Assembly: GCA_048213135.1 (NCBI GenBank)
Contig: PS015035.1
Span: 83,363 to 122,734, forward strand
From: Reclinomonas americana ATCC 50394
Lineage: Eukaryota
DNA: 39,372 bases
Direction: 5' to 3'
Positions 35,837 through 39,372 of the stretch are shown here, piece by piece. The notes below the pieces were generated by a model, which saw nothing but the letters and a program-made list of their open reading frames with translations, searched no databases and was not told the origin of the DNA. Within the stretch, counting starts at the first letter, position 1, and each line of letters begins with the position of its first letter. The translations under genes were made by a program, and so were the position numbers.

Positions 35837-36931
35837 ATGGGTAAGATCATTCGCGCGCAGCGCAAGGGCGCGGGTAGCGTCTTCCGAGCGCACACTCACC
35901 ACCGCAAGGTGAGAGACTGGGAGAGAGAAAATGAGGCGCGGCTGTGTGTGGTGTGAATTCTCATTCCGTGCATTGTGGTGGTGGTGTAACAGGGTGCACC
36001 CAAGCACCGCGCGTTCGACTACGCCGAGCGCCATGGATACCTGAAGGGTGTCGTCCGTGAGGTATGCTGTTCGCATCTCGAGAATGTGTGTGCGCGCGCG
36101 CTTGATTGCTGAATACATTTTTCTGTTTGCCACGCACAGATCATCCACGACCCCGGCCGTGGTGCCCCGCTCGCCAAGGTGACCTTCCGTGATCCCTACC
36201 GCTACAAGGTGCGCCGCGAGACATTCCTCGCCGTCGAGGGCATGTACTCTGGCCAGAGCATCTACTGCGGCCGTCGTGGTGCGTACCAAAAAAAACTCAC
36301 CAAACGCGACAAGTGTGGAGTCGTGAGTTCTAAATGATAACGCACACAGCTCGCCTGAGCATTGGCAACACCACCCGCATCGGCACGCTGCCTGAGGGTA
36401 CCGTGGTGTGCAACGTCGAGGAGCAGGTTTGTTGTGATTTTTTATCTGAATGTCACTCACTCTCCCACCACGCTCACCCGTCGTCTCNNNNNNNNNNNNN
36501 NNNNNNNTGTGCAGCCGGGTGACCGCGGCAAGTTGGCTCGTTCGTCGGGCACCTACGCCGTCATCATCTCGCAGAACCCCGAGACCAACCGCACTCGTGT
36601 GCGCCTGCCGTCTGGCGGCAAGAAGTCTGTGCACAACGATGCGCGCGCCACTGTCGGCTTGGTCGCCGGTGGCAACCGCACGGAGAAGCCAGTGCTGAAG
36701 GCCGGCAACTCGTACTGGAAGTACAAGGCGAAGCGAAAGGCGTGGCCTGTGGTGCGTGGTGTGGCCATGAACCCCGTGGAGCATCCTCATGGTGGTGGTA
36801 ACCACCAGCATGTGGGTCACCCCACCACGGTGTCGCGCGGCGCACCGCCCGGCAAGAAGGTCGGTCTCATTGCTGCCCGCCGCACTGGTCGTCTGCGCGG
36901 CGGACAGAAGAAGGTGGCAGACAAGGATTAA
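35837..36931 (+). CDS. RPL8: 60S ribosomal protein L8 (uL2); 4 introns
   Basis: [71 protein letters not shown]. Confidence 0.97.
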
Positions 36932-38505
36932 GGTGCGAAGGATCGTGCGGAGGAGGAGGGGNNNNNNNNNNNNNNNNNNNNNNNNNNNNNNNNNNNNNNN
37001 NNNNNNNNNNNNNNNNNNNNNNNNNNNNNNNNNNNNNNNNNNNNNNNNNNNNNNNNNNNNNNNNNNNNNNNNNNNNNNNNNNNNNNNNNNNNNNNNNNNN
37101 NNNNNNNNNNNNNNNNNNNNNNNNNNNNNNNNNNNNNNNNNNNNNNNNNNNNNNNNNNNNNNNNNNNNNNNNNNNNNNNNNNNNNNNNNNNNNNNNNNNN
37201 NNNNNNNNNNNNNNNNNNNNNNNNNNNNNNNNNNNNNNNNNNNNNNNNNNNNNNNNNNNNNNNNNNNNNNNNNNNNNNNNNNNNNNNNNNNNNNNNNNNN
37301 NNNNNNNNNNNNNNNNNNNNNNNNNNNNNNNNNNNNNNNNNNNNNNNNNNNNNNNNNNNNNNNNNNNNNNNNNNNNNNNNNNNNNNNNNNNNNNNNNNNN
37401 NNNNNNNNNNNNNNNNNNNNNNNNNNNNNNNNNNNNNNNNNNNNNNNNNNNNNNNNNNNNNNNNNNNNNNNNNNNNNNNNNNNNNNNNNNNNNNNNNNNN
37501 NNNNNNNNNNNNNNNNNNNNNNNNNNNNNNNNNNNNNNNNNNNNNNNNNNNNNNNNNNNNNNNNNNNNNNNNNNNNNNNNNNNNNNNNNNNNNNNNNNNN
37601 NNNNNNNNNNNNNNNNNNNNNNNNNNNNNNNNNNNNNNNNNNNNNNNNNNNNNNNNNNNNNNNNNNNNNNNNNNNNNNNNNNNNNNNNNNNNNNNNNNNN
37701 NNNNNNNNNNNNNNNNNNNNNNNNNNNNNNNNTATGGCGGGCGGATTCGGAAATTTGTGGCTGCATGTCGTCGTATTACTTTATGTTTTGGTTTTTCCTC
37801 TTCATTGCCCGACGAGCCGTCCTGTTCTGGGTCTCTTGCCTCCCTTCTTTTCTGCAGTGTTCTCTCCTATCGCTCCGTTGGTGTCAGTACAATTGAGTGT
37901 TACTCAAATCAAACTTGGTGTGGACGATCGACATTATAGAGGGCGAGCTCTTCACCAGTGCTGTGATGACGCAACTTCGATGTCGACACGTCGGTGACCC
38001 ATGCGGGCTCTTCTGCCACCGCCATTGGTGCTCATGCCGAACGGCACGTACTCGACTTGGTCACGTGCCCCGCCACCACGTCTGGGTGACGATTGCGACG
38101 ATGGCGTGCCTCCAACAGCAGCGCAAAAGTTCGAACGTTACAAGCGGATACAACCAATGCACTTTCGCCACAATTGACGAGAAAAGTCAGCGCGACACCA
38201 GTTTCCGTCGCCTTGCGCTCTCCCAGTGATCGCCACGCGACACTGCAGTGCATAAACACGCACAGGAGGCTGGCGCGCATGCAACAGGCGCTTTCGCTTG
38301 GAAGAAACAGGCACTGTCGATTCTCGAGTCGACCGTTTCTCCTGACCGGCACACGCCCAAAAAAATGACCGTTCCAACAAAGCCACTTTTTCCTGTCGTC
38401 TTCGTGAGAGCGCAACCGCACTCCGACTGACCCTACACGCACTCTAGCAGGAAACAAGCACTCTTTCTCTCCACTTTCTCCTTTGTCTCTCTCACTCGTG
38501 CTCCG

Positions 38506-39372
38506 ATGACGCCCTCCGCTGTTCGCTGGATGCTGAGCGCAGCACTCCTCGTGCTGCTGTCGATGGTGGCCTTCTCCGCCGCGTCACCATTCGACATGGA
38601 CGTGCACCTCGACGACAACATTGACTTGCGTTGCGTCTCTCTCGCCCTCCCGACGACGATCGCCATGTGTGCAGGAATCCTCACTTGTTGTGTCGTCGTC
38701 ACACGCAGCGCTGTTTGCCGAACTGGCCGACAACCTTGTGATCAACGAGGCCGATCTGGAGGCGGTGGAGGCCGAGGCGCCGGAGCCAGCGCCCGTGTGC
38801 CCCGCCGGTGTGCTCTCGTGCACTGTCGTACACGCGACGGCGGTGATGGACGACGATTTGGATGCGTTCTCGGAGAACGACGACACAGTGATCGACTACA
38901 GCGAGCTCAACGAGTTCCCGGCCGTCACTGGTGAGTCCTCCCTCCGTTACACACACATGTGCCTTGACCGCTTGCTCACTGCTGTTGCGCAGAGGCGGAG
39001 GTTGTCGTCGCCGAGGTGGAGGTGCAGCAGCCGGAGAAGGCCGCCGCCGCGGAAGAGGTGCAGATGGAGGTGGAGGTGGAGCAGGAGGAGGCGGAGGAGA
39101 GCGCGGAGCAGATGCAGACGCTGGACGAGTCGTTCGACGACCTCGACGCTGCGCTCGACAGTATTGCGGCCGATGAGGTGCTGTTGGAGATGCTGGAGGC
39201 CGACGCGTCCGAGTTCGACGACTTGCTGGAGGAGGAGGAGGATGAGGAGGAGGAAGTCGAGGAAGAGGAGGAGGAGGAGACTGAGTTTGATGCCGCCTAC
39301 ATGTTCAACGAGTTGGACTTTGAGGAGGAGGAGGAGCAGGCAGAGGGTGACTGGGCGCAGACGGACGACATC
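38506..39372 (+). CDS. Signal-peptide-bearing, highly acidic protein, 3'-partial
   Basis: MTPSAVRWMLSAALLVLLSMVAFSAA then Glu/Asp-rich exons. Two introns (donors 38630 and ~38931) keep the frame open to the window end. Confidence 0.7.

Noticed and set aside
37963-37969. GTGATGA box C motif
   Set aside because: No appropriately spaced CTGA box D or terminal stem.
1-39372. CRISPR arrays, tRNA or rRNA genes, U12-type (AT-AC) introns
   Set aside because: None recognised by eye; all reconstructed introns are GT-AG.

Overview
Gene-dense, GC-rich eukaryotic (protist-like) draft scaffold with short spliceosomal introns (mostly ~50-100 nt, CTRAC/CTCAC-like branch points), CA/GA microsatellites and many N gaps. 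Genes reconstructed by hand-splicing: HYLS1-like centriolar protein, organellar EngA/Der GTPase head-to-head with SNF8/VPS22, partial DDX54/DBP10, a duplicated Fe-SOD plus HAD (Swiss-Army-knife type) block, a U5 snRNA gene, an atypical homeobox gene, ribophorin II, an RRM fragment, a coiled-coil protein, a very large RhoGAP...CAP-Gly protein, head-to-head RPL4/RPL8 and a partial acidic secreted protein. The main discovery is a second class of 5' splice site. By manual count 18 of ~70 introns start GTTG(C/A/T)GT, the usual GTGCGT/GTGAGT motif displaced by one base, and 17 of these follow a non-G exon end, whereas nearly all ordinary donors follow G. Three gap-flanked segments appear inverted in place, since their ends join neighbouring genes exactly in frame. 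Exon boundaries and protein family calls are by eye; no searches were run.
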